From positions 416,001 to 480,000 of the forward strand of contig CAWGMQ010000008.1 in assembly GCA_963823665.1 (NCBI GenBank): a stretch of DNA of 64,000 nt. Reading direction: 5' to 3'. Source of the stretch: an uncultured Planctomycetota bacterium. Lineage in GTDB: Bacteria > Planctomycetota > Planctomycetia > Isosphaerales > Isosphaeraceae. The notes under the pieces were generated by a model. It made no database searches. It saw nothing but the letters and a program-made list of their open reading frames with translations, and had not been told where the DNA came from. Every line of letters begins with the position of its first letter. The first letter of the stretch is position 1. Of this stretch, positions 19,936-29,808 are shown in pieces. Both the position numbers and the translations under genes were made by a program.

Positions 19936-22358
19936 GTGTTTTTCCAGCTCCCGCCGCGAAGGACCCGTATCGAGGCCCCCGCCGCGGGACCGGTCGGATC
20001 GTCCGCGGGTGACCCATCGTAGTATCCCCCGAGGTGCCAATCCCAGCACCACTCCCAGACGCTGCCATGCATGTCATACAGCCCGAACCCGTTCGGCCGT
20101 TTCTGGCTCACCGGGTGCGTTCGCGAATCGCAGTTGGCGTCGAACCAGCCATGTATTCCCAACTCCACCACATTGTCTCCGAACGAGAAGCGCGCCGGAG
20201 TGGACGCGTTCGCCCGGCAGGCGTATTCCCACTCCGCCTCCGTCGGCAATCGATAGCCCTGCCCATTCCAGTCTGGAACCCGGACATCGTTCCCATCGAT
20301 CTCATAGAAGGGCTTCTTACCCTCCTTTTCGCTGAGGTTGTTGCAGAACCGGATCGCGTCTGGCCAGGAAACGTTCTCCGCTGGAAACTGGTCGGTCGAC
20401 TGACCGGCGACCCGGTCCTTGCCTCCACCATTTGCCGAGAACTGGCTCGGATTGCTGCCCATCACGGATTTATACTGGGCCTGGGTCACTTCGGTCACTC
20501 CGAGATAAAACGACTTGCTTATCCGCACGCGGTGCAAAGGTTTCTCGTCGTCTTGAGCCTCCAAGGCGTCGTCGGGTGAGCCCATGAAGAACTCGCCGGC
20601 GGGAATCAGCTTGAACGTCATCCCGATCGAGTTTGTGATCGATTCAAGGCCGTCAGCATTCGGAAGCTCGTTGGTCGGTCTGTCGGGAGCGACAAACCGG
20701 ACTGTGAACTTCGCTTTACCCTGCGCCTGGACGCTCACTTCTTCCCCGGATGTCTCAATTCCATCTTTCTTGACCGTGATCTTGTGCTTGCCAGGCGTGA
20801 CCGTGACCACCGCGGGCTTTCCTCCGCCGGGCCAGGTGACGGCAACAACGTCGCCGTCGACCAGGACTGTCGCATCCGGCGGGAGATTCAGCAACTCGAT
20901 CACGCCGTCCTTCGTCTTTATCTTGAACACTCCAGCCGCCCAGGCGACGACGAGCGCGAGCAGCAGCAACGCGGCGACGGCCAAGCAGGCGCAGAGCGCG
21001 GGACGGGTCAGCTTTTTGAATGCCGGCGGCTCGGGGTTGGGCTTTCCTGAGTCCAGAGCCGAATCGGAGAGCAGCCGCTCAACGGCGGATTTGCCGAGGT
21101 CTGACTTGGTCGCGCCCTCGGGAGCCAATGTGCGGTCAGGCCGATCCAGGGTTCGGCCGGCTCTCTCGAGAGTCTCGGTAAATGGGGCGAGTGCCAGGAC
21201 CACCTCGACGGGAGTGGACGGGCGATGCGACGGAGACTTGGCCATCATTTGCTCGACGAATCGGGCCAGCTCCGGTGGGATGTCCGTGCGAAGGTCGGCG
21301 AGCGGCCGCGGGGTTTTCTCGCTGTGGGCTAGCAGCTTCTGGATCAGACTGCCACCGGGGAACGGCGGGCGGGCGGTTAGTAGAAAATAGAGCGTGCAGC
21401 CCAGGCTGTAGATGTCGGCTCGGATGTCCGCATCGTGCGGGTTGTGGATCTGCTCGGGGGCGATGTAATCGGCGGAGCCCAGGACCATGCCCTCGCCCGT
21501 CAGGCCGCCATGGCTCGCGACTTCGCTGGCGAATCGCGCTAGACCGAAGTCGAGGATTTTGATCTGGCCGCGGGTCGTCCGCATCAGGTTCTGCGGCTTG
21601 ATGTCGCGGTGGACCATCCCGTCCTCGAACGCGTGCTGGAGACCCAGCGCCGTCTGGCGGGCGTAGTCGCATGCTTCGCCGACCGGCAACGGACCGCGGC
21701 GCTCGACCTCGCGTGCCAGGTCGGTTCCCTCGATGAATTCCATGACCAGCATGTGCGTCTCTCCGGCCTGCTCGGCGTCATAAGCGGCCACGATGTTCGG
21801 GTGTGATGCCAGGCGCGCGGCGGACTTGACCTCGCGGCGGAAGCGCTCGACGAGCGCGGGCTTGCCCAGCAAGTCGCCACGGATGACCTTGAGGGCGACC
21901 GGCCGGTCCATCAACTTATGCTCGGTGCGGTAGACCGACCCCATGCCGCCGACCCCGATCGCGGCGACGACCCGGTAACGGGGGTGGTCGCTCAGCTCCG
22001 GCGGGAGCGCGGCCAGGCCGGGCGATCCGGGAGGCGCGCCGGCGACCGTCGGCTTGTCGTGGAGGGCAGTGTTCTCCGTCGGGCCCAGGATCAAGGATGA
22101 GGCGATCTGGAAGCCGGCTGGCGGTCCATCAGCCGGCTTTTCCTGCTCGGTCTGCGGTGCCACGGCCATCGCGGTCGAGCGGCCGCGAAGCTTGGCCACA
22201 AACGAGTCGTCCGGCTGGTTGCGGACCAACTGGCAACACGAGTCGCACAGACCGATGTGTTCCTCGATCTCGTCCATCTCCGGCTCGTCGAGCAGGCCCT
22301 GTGCATACACGGCCAGGCGGTCGACAGGTGGGTGAAGGGCCTCGATTTCCGGCATCAT
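19764..22358 (-). CDS. Ser/Thr protein kinase with TM helix and FGE-sulfatase (SUMF1) domain; C-terminus disrupted near 19940
   Basis: 'GVGGMGSVY', 'VALK', 'HRDIKPQN', 'DFGLA', 'APE'; 'RLPTEAEWEYACRA', 'PNGFGLYDMHG', 'RGGSW'; terminal GFR motif absent. Confidence 0.88.
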   Translation of the reverse strand: MMPEIEALHPPVDRLAVYAQGLLDEPEMDEIEEHIGLCDSCCQLVRNQPDDSFVAKLRGRSTAMAVAPQTEQEKPADGPPAGFQIASSLILGPTENTALHDKPTVAGAPPGSPGLAALPPELSDHPRYRVVAAIGVGGMGSVYRTEHKLMDRPVALKVIRGDLLGKPALVERFRREVKSAARLASHPNIVAAYDAEQAGETHMLVMEFIEGTDLAREVERRGPLPVGEACDYARQTALGLQHAFEDGMVHRDIKPQNLMRTTRGQIKILDFGLARFASEVASHGGLTGEGMVLGSADYIAPEQIHNPHDADIRADIYSLGCTLYFLLTARPPFPGGSLIQKLLAHSEKTPRPLADLRTDIPPELARFVEQMMAKSPSHRPSTPVEVVLALAPFTETLERAGRTLDRPDRTLAPEGATKSDLGKSAVERLLSDSALDSGKPNPEPPAFKKLTRPALCACLAVAALLLLALVVAWAAGVFKIKTKDGVIELLNLPPDATVLVDGDVVAVTWPGGGKPAVVTVTPGKHKITVKKDGIETSGEEVSVQAQGKAKFTVRFVAPDRPTNELPNADGLESITNSIGMTFKLIPAGEFFMGSPDDALEAQDDEKPLHRVRISKSFYLGVTEVTQAQYKSVMGSNPSQFSANGGGKDRVAGQSTDQFPAENVSWPDAIRFCNNLSEKEGKKPFYEIDGNDVRVPDWNGQGYRLPTEAEWEYACRANASTPARFSFGDNVVELGIHGWFDANCDSRTHPVSQKRPNGFGLYDMHGSVWEWCWDWHLGGYYDGSPADDPTGPAAGASIRVLRGGSWKNTPPSRADRGWALGGAGPPVDRLRPISRHGAGPARVVEVRARTARAGLRRQRARLQRG

Positions 22359-22571
22359 AGCGACTCCGCGCGTCGGGAGCGGGGCGGCACGTTCGACCAG
22401 TTCCGGCGCACGAACGCGTCGGCGGCGGGCCGTGCCGGTTCTCAACGACTATCAAGGAGAATGCTCGACTGGCGCGTTTTCTTTCAATACATGTGAAACA
22501 TTAAATGCAATAAGCTGCGGATGCGATTCGGAGAGAATTCCTGTCGGAACGAGACGAGGCAAAGTGTTAAG

Positions 22572-23090
22572 ATGAAAAAGGCCACGGAGTGGACGGTCCT
22601 CTTTCATCTTGAGTTCGACGGGTGGTTGTCTGGCCAGGAAGAGGATCTTCAGATGATAATCAATGCTGACGACCGTTTCGCGGAGCTCTCGAAAGAGCGG
22701 CAAGAGGCGATTCTGGCGCGTACCGAAGCGATCATCAAGGAGATGACGCTTGCAGAACTGCGGAAGGCTTGCCAGCAATCTCAGGCCACGATAGCCAAGG
22801 AACTTGGCATCAAGCAAGCCGCCGTTTCGAGAGCCGAGCGGCGAGCAGACATGCGCGTAAGCACGCTACGAGACATCGTCGAGGCGCTGGGCGGGACACT
22901 GAAGATCATCGCCCAATTTCCAGGCCGCCACGATGTGTCCGTGAATCTGGCTGACGTGTTGAGCGAGAAAAAAGTGCCACGCAAGCACGGGGATTCGTCC
23001 ACCCTGGACCTCGTGGGTAGCGGCGCAGGCAAGAAAGCGGGCAATCGCGTACGCAAACCGACGCGGAAAGCACAGAGGCGGTCGCCGTGA
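22572..23090 (+). CDS. XRE-family HTH antitoxin preceded in frame by a RelE/Gp49-like toxin N-terminal stub (alternative start 22653)
   Basis: 'LAELRK...SQATIAKELGIKQAAVSRAERRADMRVSTLRDIVEALGG'; stub 'WTVLFHLEFDGWL'. Confidence 0.75.
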   Translation: MKKATEWTVLFHLEFDGWLSGQEEDLQMIINADDRFAELSKERQEAILARTEAIIKEMTLAELRKACQQSQATIAKELGIKQAAVSRAERRADMRVSTLRDIVEALGGTLKIIAQFPGRHDVSVNLADVLSEKKVPRKHGDSSTLDLVGSGAGKKAGNRVRKPTRKAQRRSP

Positions 23091-23159
23091 TGACCCAGTG
23101 ATTCTGGGTCGCGAGCAGAACGCACCACGATCGATTGGGTTGAATTGATGGCGACCGCA

Positions 23160-24971
23160 TCACCGATAGGCGGAGGCCTGGATTCCGTAGAGCTCCGCGT
23201 ACTTCTTGCCGCTCGAGACGAGCTCCTCGTGGCTACCCACCTCGACAACGCGAGCGCCGTCGAGAACGAGGATCAGGTCTGCCATTCGCACGGTGCTAAA
23301 ACGGTGGGAGACCAGGATTGTGATCCGGCCGTCTTCGTTTGCTGTGTCGCCGTTGGATTTGCCGCCGCGCGTGGCGGCGGCGAAGCGTTCGAAGAGGGCG
23401 TGCTCGGTTTCGGCGTCGAGCGCGGCGGTGGGCTCGTCGAGGACGAGAAGAAGGGGGCGGTCGCGCATGAAGCCGCGCGCCAGGGCGAGTTTTTGCCACT
23501 GGCCGAAGCTGACTTCCGCACCCTCGGGCCATGTTGGGCCGAGCTGCGTGTCGAGGCCGGAGGCCAGGCGGGCGACCACATCGTCGGCACCCGCGCGCTC
23601 GACTGCGGATTGCACAGCAGGGGCATCATCGATCCGGGGGAGATCTCCCAAACCGACGGTTTGACGCGCTCGGAACTCGAAACGGAAGAAATCCTGAAAT
23701 GCGCCGGCGAGCCTCGATCGCCAGGCTTCGATCGGCATTCGCGCGAGGTCTCGACCATCCACGAGGATGCGACCTTCTGTCGGGAGGTAGAGCCGGCAAA
23801 GGAGCTTCACCAGGGTTGTCTTGCCGGCGCCGTTCTCGCCCACAATCGCCACAACCGCCCCCGGCTTCAGCTCGAGGCATACATCCTCGAGCACACGCTT
23901 TTCGGTTCCCGGATACGTGAACGACACGTGGTCGAATCGTATTCCAGTCGAGAGCCGGTCAGGGACGGACACGTCTGCATGCTCTGATTGTGCGGCGGCG
24001 TAGTCTTCGAGCCAGGCCAGGCGGATGGAGCCATCGAGCCAGATGCCGCGCAGAAAGCCGATCTCGCCGACCGTCGCGCCGATATAGGCCGAGAGGCGTG
24101 AGCCGGCGGCGAGCACGAGGAGAATCTGCCCGGGCGAGGCGGCGACTCGCACGGCGACGAACGCGACGGCCGAGACGAAGCCGGCGCCGAAGATTGCCCA
24201 CGCGAGCGTGTTCCAGATGGCCGTATCGCGGCGGGCCTGGGCCACCGGGCCGTACCAGCGATCCCACGCCGCGCGCCGGCCGGTGATCAGACGATCGCCG
24301 ATACGGGTCACTCGCACCTCCTTGCCCGGCGCGGCGGTCGTGGCCGTGACGAACAGGTGACGCGCCAGACGAGCGAACGGCGCCCCGCGTTCTTCGGCGG
24401 CGCGCTCGACCCCCGGCCGCCACGTGGAGGCGAGTACTGTCGGCAATGCACAGACTGCCAGGAGCGCCAGCGCCGGGTGAACAGACATGAGCAACGCCAG
24501 CGTGACCCCGAGCCTCAAGATCCAACCACACGTCGAGAAGAGCGACATGTACATGTGGTCGAGGACGAATACCTGGTTGCGAAGCACCGCGAGCCGGTTC
24601 AAATATTCCGGGCGCTCGTGGTGCTCTATTGTCGCAACGGACGCTTGAAGCTGGGCCACGTGCGACTCGAGGGCGATCGTCAGGCGGTCACGAAATCGGC
24701 GCTGGGTGCGATCGCTGACGACGCGCAAGAACCAGGTCAGGGTCGCGGATGCTCCCAGGCCGAGCGCGGCGGCCACCGCCAGGCCGCGGTTGTGAGCCAG
24801 AGCCGCGTCGGCGAGGAATTTGAGCCAGAGGGCGAGGAGGGCGTCGGGCAAGGCCGAGAGCAGTGAGAATGAGAAGGCCACCACAAGAAGCTTGGGCTCG
24901 GCTTCATAGGCACGTTTCAACGCTCGCCACATCGAGGGGAGGGCGGGGGGCAGGCCGTCACGAGAGGACAT
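23160..24971 (-). CDS. ABC transporter, fused permease/ATPase
   Basis: Walker A GENGAGKT, signature 'SFGQWQK', 'LDEPT'. Confidence 0.92.
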   Translation of the reverse strand: MSSRDGLPPALPSMWRALKRAYEAEPKLLVVAFSFSLLSALPDALLALWLKFLADAALAHNRGLAVAAALGLGASATLTWFLRVVSDRTQRRFRDRLTIALESHVAQLQASVATIEHHERPEYLNRLAVLRNQVFVLDHMYMSLFSTCGWILRLGVTLALLMSVHPALALLAVCALPTVLASTWRPGVERAAEERGAPFARLARHLFVTATTAAPGKEVRVTRIGDRLITGRRAAWDRWYGPVAQARRDTAIWNTLAWAIFGAGFVSAVAFVAVRVAASPGQILLVLAAGSRLSAYIGATVGEIGFLRGIWLDGSIRLAWLEDYAAAQSEHADVSVPDRLSTGIRFDHVSFTYPGTEKRVLEDVCLELKPGAVVAIVGENGAGKTTLVKLLCRLYLPTEGRILVDGRDLARMPIEAWRSRLAGAFQDFFRFEFRARQTVGLGDLPRIDDAPAVQSAVERAGADDVVARLASGLDTQLGPTWPEGAEVSFGQWQKLALARGFMRDRPLLLVLDEPTAALDAETEHALFERFAAATRGGKSNGDTANEDGRITILVSHRFSTVRMADLILVLDGARVVEVGSHEELVSSGKKYAELYGIQASAYR

Positions 24972-26766
24972 CGTAGGTCACCCCTTCCTCTTCTTCGCCG
25001 CTTTCGGCACCGAAACGCTGCGCCTGGAGGTCGAACATCGTGCGGTACCGGCCGCCGGCGGCCATGAGCTCGTCGTGGGTGCCGAGCTCGACGGCACGGC
25101 CGCCTTCGAGCACGCATATGCGGTCGGCGTGGCGCACGGTGGAGAACCGGTGGGAGATGAGGATCGTGGTCGTGTGCCGGGTGGCGGCCAGGATGCGGTC
25201 AAAGATTTCCGCCTCGCCGCGCACGTCGAGCTGCGCGGTGGGCTCATCGAGGAGCACCAATCCCGCGCCTTGAAGCACCGCACAGAGCGCTCGCGCGAGT
25301 GCGACGCGCTGCCACTGGCCGCCGGATAGCTCGGTGCTGCCTTCATAGCCGCGGGCGAGGATTGTATCGAGCGAAGCAAGATTGGCGGCGCCGGAGTCGG
25401 CGAGCGCGGCGCGGATGACGTCGTCAGGGGCACCGGCGGGGGCCACGTTGTCGCGGAGTGGGAGCTCGAAGCGAATGAAATCCTGGAAGACCGCGGTGAC
25501 CTGGCTGCGCCACGAATCGACGTCGAGGTCGCGTAGGTTGATGCCGTCGATCTCGATCGCACCGGACTGCGGGTCATACAGGCGGCAAAGGAGCTTTGCG
25601 AGCGTGGTCTTGCCGGCGCCGTTCTGGCCGACGATGGCGAGGGATGTGCCGGCGGGGATTGTGAGATCCAGGCCTTCGAGCACGTTCTCGGTGGAGTTCG
25701 GGTAGGCAAACGTGAGGTTGCGGCAGTGCACATCGCGGGCGGGAAGGCCAGAAGCCGAGCGTGAACCGGGCGAGAGCTGACCGGCGGGGGCCATGGCTTC
25801 CTCGAGCCGGAGGGTGGCGGCAACGGGTGCGGAGGCGCGATCGAGGGCCCACGACAGGCCGCCGAAGGCGATCATGCTGGTGGTGATGGCGGCCGTAGCG
25901 TATGTCGCCACGCGGTCGAGCGCGAGGGTGCCGTTTGTTGCGGCGATTGCGAGCGCACCGAGCACAAGCGAGTTCGCGGCGAGGACCAGGACGAGGCTCC
26001 AGGCGACGGGCCGCTCGCGCAGGCGGGTGGCTTTCCACTGAAGCTCGAACAGCCGGCGACGGTTGGCCCGAAACCTGTCGACCGTCCAGGCCGCCAGGCC
26101 GAAGAGGCGCAGCTCCTTGGCGGCGGGCGCATCGACGGCGAGGCGATACGCGTAGTCGGCGTGCCGCTGGGCTCCGCGCACTTCGTCGGTATTGCGGTCG
26201 CGCCAGACGGCGCTTTCCTTGAGCAGCCAGTGGGTCGCGAGCCAGGCGCCGGCCAGGACGAGCGGCGCCCACCAGGTGAAGCCCGCGAGGATCGCAGCGG
26301 AGGTTAATCCGGCGATCATCTCCACCAAGCCGGACGCGATAAAATCCATCGAGATCCAGATCGGCGGGCCGGTGATGCCCATATCGAAATCGCGCGCCAT
26401 CGAGAAGTCGCTGGTGAGCTTGGGATCTTCAAGGTGCCCCATGGCAGGCGGGCGGACACACGCGAGGGTGAGCCGGTCGTAGAGCCAGGAGGCGGTCCGG
26501 CTGCCGAGATTGGCGCCGATCGCGCGATGGATCGGCGCAAGGACCTGGAGCGGGATGAACACTGCGCCGACGAGGACCAAGGGCAGAGTCAGACTCTCAT
26601 TCCGCTCAACGGCGCCCACGAGCAGGCCGATCGCGATCGCAAAGACCGCCGGCAGCAGGCCGCGAAGTGCGAGGACGGTCCACCAGGCGGTCGCGAGCGG
26701 GCCGTCTGCCTTGGGCAGAACCGAAAAGAACTTGATCTGGTCTTTCGAGAGTAAACGCTCAAGCAT
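24958..26766 (-). CDS. ABC transporter, fused permease/ATPase (likely heterodimer partner)
   Basis: Walker A GQNGAGKT, 'LSGGQWQR', 'LDEPT'; overlaps the partner gene. Confidence 0.92.
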   Translation of the reverse strand: MLERLLSKDQIKFFSVLPKADGPLATAWWTVLALRGLLPAVFAIAIGLLVGAVERNESLTLPLVLVGAVFIPLQVLAPIHRAIGANLGSRTASWLYDRLTLACVRPPAMGHLEDPKLTSDFSMARDFDMGITGPPIWISMDFIASGLVEMIAGLTSAAILAGFTWWAPLVLAGAWLATHWLLKESAVWRDRNTDEVRGAQRHADYAYRLAVDAPAAKELRLFGLAAWTVDRFRANRRRLFELQWKATRLRERPVAWSLVLVLAANSLVLGALAIAATNGTLALDRVATYATAAITTSMIAFGGLSWALDRASAPVAATLRLEEAMAPAGQLSPGSRSASGLPARDVHCRNLTFAYPNSTENVLEGLDLTIPAGTSLAIVGQNGAGKTTLAKLLCRLYDPQSGAIEIDGINLRDLDVDSWRSQVTAVFQDFIRFELPLRDNVAPAGAPDDVIRAALADSGAANLASLDTILARGYEGSTELSGGQWQRVALARALCAVLQGAGLVLLDEPTAQLDVRGEAEIFDRILAATRHTTTILISHRFSTVRHADRICVLEGGRAVELGTHDELMAAGGRYRTMFDLQAQRFGAESGEEEEGVTYDVLS

Positions 26767-26784
26767 GGGCGAACTTTCCTCTTT

Positions 26785-27462
26785 TCAAGTGAGCGAATTT
26801 GCCCAATCACTGACGACGCGGGCCATCTCGACGAAGACATCTTCGCTGCTCGAGCGAGATCGCTTCAGCGTGTGAAAACCGTGGTCGGCGGTGTCGAGGA
26901 GGTGCAGCGTCGCGCGCTTGCCGAGCTTCTTGCAGACGGGCTCGAGAAGGTCGAGATGGGCCAGATCGTCGCGTGTACCGCTCAAGAACAGCATGGGGAC
27001 CGTGACCTCGGGAAGATGCTCGGCCCGTTTTGTGTCCGGCTTCCCCGGTTGGTGAAGCGGAAACGAGAAGAAGACCAGGCCCTGGACGCCGGGCAGGGGA
27101 GACTGCGAGGCTGCCGTCGACGTCATGCGGCCGCTGAAGGAATGGCCGCCGGCAAGAAGGGGAAGACCTCGGGCGGCGCGCGCGGCAGCCGCGACGGCAG
27201 AACGGATCGTTGTGGTGCAAACTTCCTGGGAATCTCGGCCCTTGCCGTGTTCCGTGTACGGGAAGTTATAGCGCACGGTTGCGATGGCCTTCTCGGCCAG
27301 GCTGTCTGCGATCGATTGGAGCGTGGCGTGGCGCATGTGCGTGCTCGCGCCGTGGCCGAGCACGAGAAGGTGGGTGGCGTTTTTGGGGCGGAGCAAGAGT
27401 GCGGAGACTTCGCCTTTTTCCGGGGTGGCGGGGAATTTCAGCTCTTGCGCACTATGGGGCAT
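26785..27462 (-). CDS. Alpha/beta hydrolase family protein
   Basis: 'LGHGA', GxSxxG 'GHSFSGR', 'FPLH', 'GTRD', 'ADH'. Confidence 0.85.
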   Translation of the reverse strand: MPHSAQELKFPATPEKGEVSALLLRPKNATHLLVLGHGASTHMRHATLQSIADSLAEKAIATVRYNFPYTEHGKGRDSQEVCTTTIRSAVAAAARAARGLPLLAGGHSFSGRMTSTAASQSPLPGVQGLVFFSFPLHQPGKPDTKRAEHLPEVTVPMLFLSGTRDDLAHLDLLEPVCKKLGKRATLHLLDTADHGFHTLKRSRSSSEDVFVEMARVVSDWANSLT

Positions 27463-27695
27463 GACAAGGTTCCGTATCTGGCCGTTTGAACAGTATAATG
27501 AGAATAACCGTGGAGTTGCGTGAAGGCAAGCCTGTAGGGACGAAGTGGCGGAAGAGCGCATTGGGGCCAAGGGCTGAAGCAAGCGCCAAGGGCTGAAGCC
27601 CGTGGCTATTGACCTGTGCCCCGTTGGGGCACGATGCGGGTCGGTGCGGGTGGCGGACACCGCACGATGTTGGTTTAATCGGTCGCTCGGGCTGG

Positions 27696-27724
27696 CGGGC
27701 GGCACACGGAGTGTGCCTGCTACA
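27696..27724. repeat. GTAG-type REP, copy 1
   Basis: CGGGCGGCACACGGAGTGTGCCTGCTACA, identical to 29600-29628. Confidence 0.85.
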
Positions 27725-27750
27725 GCGCTGGCTGTGGACAGGCTCTCCGG

Positions 27751-29017
27751 ATGCGTTTGATGTCGGCTGCACGTGATCGGGATGATGTGGGCGATGATTC
27801 TGCCTCGCTTTTATCACGGCGGCCGTACGTGATGTTTCTGGCCGGGCGGTTGTGTGCCAATCTGGCGACGAATTCTCAGTCGGTTGTCATTGCGTGGGAG
27901 GTGTATGCGATTGCTCGCCAGACCATGTCGCTCGCGGAGGCCTCGTTCACAGTCGGGATGATCGGGCTGGTGCAGTTTCTACCGCTCTTTGCGCTCACGC
28001 TCATCGCCGGTGAGACGGCTGACCGGCACGACCGGCGGAATATCCTCGCGATCTGCTACTTGAGCAACCTATTGATTTCGACGGCTTTTGCGTGGCGGTC
28101 GGTGCCCGGGGGCGGGCTGTGGCCGATTTTTGCGCTCGCCGGTTTGTTCGGGTGCTCGCGGGCGTTTTTCATGCCTACCGCCAGCGCGCTCGGGCCGATG
28201 CTGGTTCCGCTGCATCTGCTTCCACGCGCTATCGCGACCAACTCGCTGGTGGCGCAGCTCGGCCAGATTCTGGGGCCGGCGCTGGGCGGGTTGCTGTGCG
28301 CCTGGTCGCCGACCGTGGGCTACGTGGTCAGTGCGCTACTCTATGCGGGGGCCGCGGTGTGTGCGTTTTCGATCCGCGCGGACACGCGGCCGAGGGTGGA
28401 GGCGGGGCGGTCGCGAGTCGCACAGATCAGGGAGGGGCTTGTGTACCTGTGGGGGAACAAGCTGGTGCTCGGGGCCATCTCGCTGGACCTTTTTGCGGTG
28501 CTGCTGGGTGGAGCAACGGGATTGCTGCCGGTGTTTGCGCGCGACGTGCTCGAGGTCGGCCCGCACGGGTTCGGCATTCTGCGCGTCGCCGGCCGTCGGA
28601 GCGCTTCTGGTGGCGGCGTATCTGGCGCGGCGGCCGATCCGCTTCCGAGTGGGCGTGAAGATGTTCCTGGCAGTTGGGCTCTTCGGGTTGATGACGGTGG
28701 TGTTTGCGTACTCGCGCTCTTTACCTCTGTCGATATTCGCTCTGGCCGTGCTGGGAGGGGCCGACATGGTGTCGGTCTTCACGCGGCAGAGCCTGGTGCA
28801 AATCGCGACGCCGGATGCGATGCGGGGGCGCGTGTCGGCGGTTGCGACGTTGTTCATCGGGGCATCGAACGAGCTGGGGGAGTTCGAGAGCGGGTCGGTG
28901 GCGAGGCTACTGGGGCCGGTGGGGTCGGTGGCGTTCGGCGGGGCCGGGGCAATGGTTGTGACGGCGGTCTGGGCCTGGCTGTTCCCATCGCTGCGAAAGG
29001 CGGATCGTTTGGTGTGA
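27751..29017 (+). CDS. MFS transporter; frameshift near 28590
   Basis: 'GETADRHDRR', 'ISLDLFAVLLGGATGLLP', 'TPDAMRGRVSA', 'SNELGEFESG' over two frames. Confidence 0.88.
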
Positions 29018-29116
29018 GAGCGGGCGGACGATTAAAATCAGGTGAAAGGGGGGCTTGACGGACGAGCAGATGTTGTTCACAGTATCAAAAGCGACTTTTC
29101 TTGCTCTGCCGACGAT

Positions 29117-29476
29117 ATGCCGATGTCTCGAATCGTTCGACATTTCCTGTTCGCATCGGTCATCGCTTGCCACGCGATTGTGACGCTGTGCGGTCCGTGT
29201 TTGCACGCGTTGCCTGGCTCATCTCACGCACTGGGCGCTGCCTCGAAGTCGCGGCGCGGCGATGATTTCTCTCCATCGCGGAGCGACTCGGCGGATAACT
29301 GCGTCGTCTGCCAGTTTGTCGCGCAAGGGCAGTTGCCGGTTGAATTCACGCATGGGCCGTCGATCCTTCAGGTCACCGAGCTGGTGACGCCGGCCCTGCC
29401 GTTCACGGCGATTTCGCCGCCTCATCTCCCCTCCAACCCCCGCGCACCGCCTTTCGCGGCGGCAGGCTGCGCCTGA
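29117..29476 (+). CDS. DUF2946-like small protein (CxxC and C-terminal RAPP)
   Basis: Hydrophobic N-terminus, 'DNCVVCQF', 'NPRAPP'. Confidence 0.65.
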   Translation: MPMSRIVRHFLFASVIACHAIVTLCGPCLHALPGSSHALGAASKSRRGDDFSPSRSDSADNCVVCQFVAQGQLPVEFTHGPSILQVTELVTPALPFTAISPPHLPSNPRAPPFAAAGCA

Positions 29477-29599
29477 CGTACGCGCCGGTTGTGCTTCTCA
29501 GTCCATCGTGCGCGAATGCGGCGGGCGTACGGTCTCGCGGACGAGCCCGGTTTGCTCGAGGGACGTTGGCCAAGCCAGTTCCACTCGTGCATCAGCGGA

Positions 29600-29628
29600 C
29601 GGGCGGCACACGGAGTGTGCCTGCTACA
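29600..29628. repeat. GTAG-type REP, copy 2
   Basis: Identical to 27696-27724. Confidence 0.85.
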
Positions 29629-29673
29629 TAGTATCGCGGCAAATGCAAAGCCTGTGTGAAACGCGCCGAGCAC

Positions 29674-29689
29674 TGGCACGGCCGGTGCC
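29674..29689 (+). promoter_or_regulatory. Candidate sigma-54 promoter for the DUF1559 gene
   Basis: TGGCACG-GCCG-GTGC (GG-N10-GC). Confidence 0.5.
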
Positions 29690-29808
29690 AGTCGAACAAT
29701 CTCATCCGTCTAGCGCGCCATTTCGAGGTGCAGCACCGCGTTGATCGAACGGCGAAGCCACTCGAATCTCATTCTGATTCATCCATTCATTGTTGACGGG
29801 GGACTTCC

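Noticed and set aside
23160..26766. RiPP/bacteriocin cluster around the ABC pair
   Set aside because: No precursor peptide, peptidase domain or modifying enzyme adjacent
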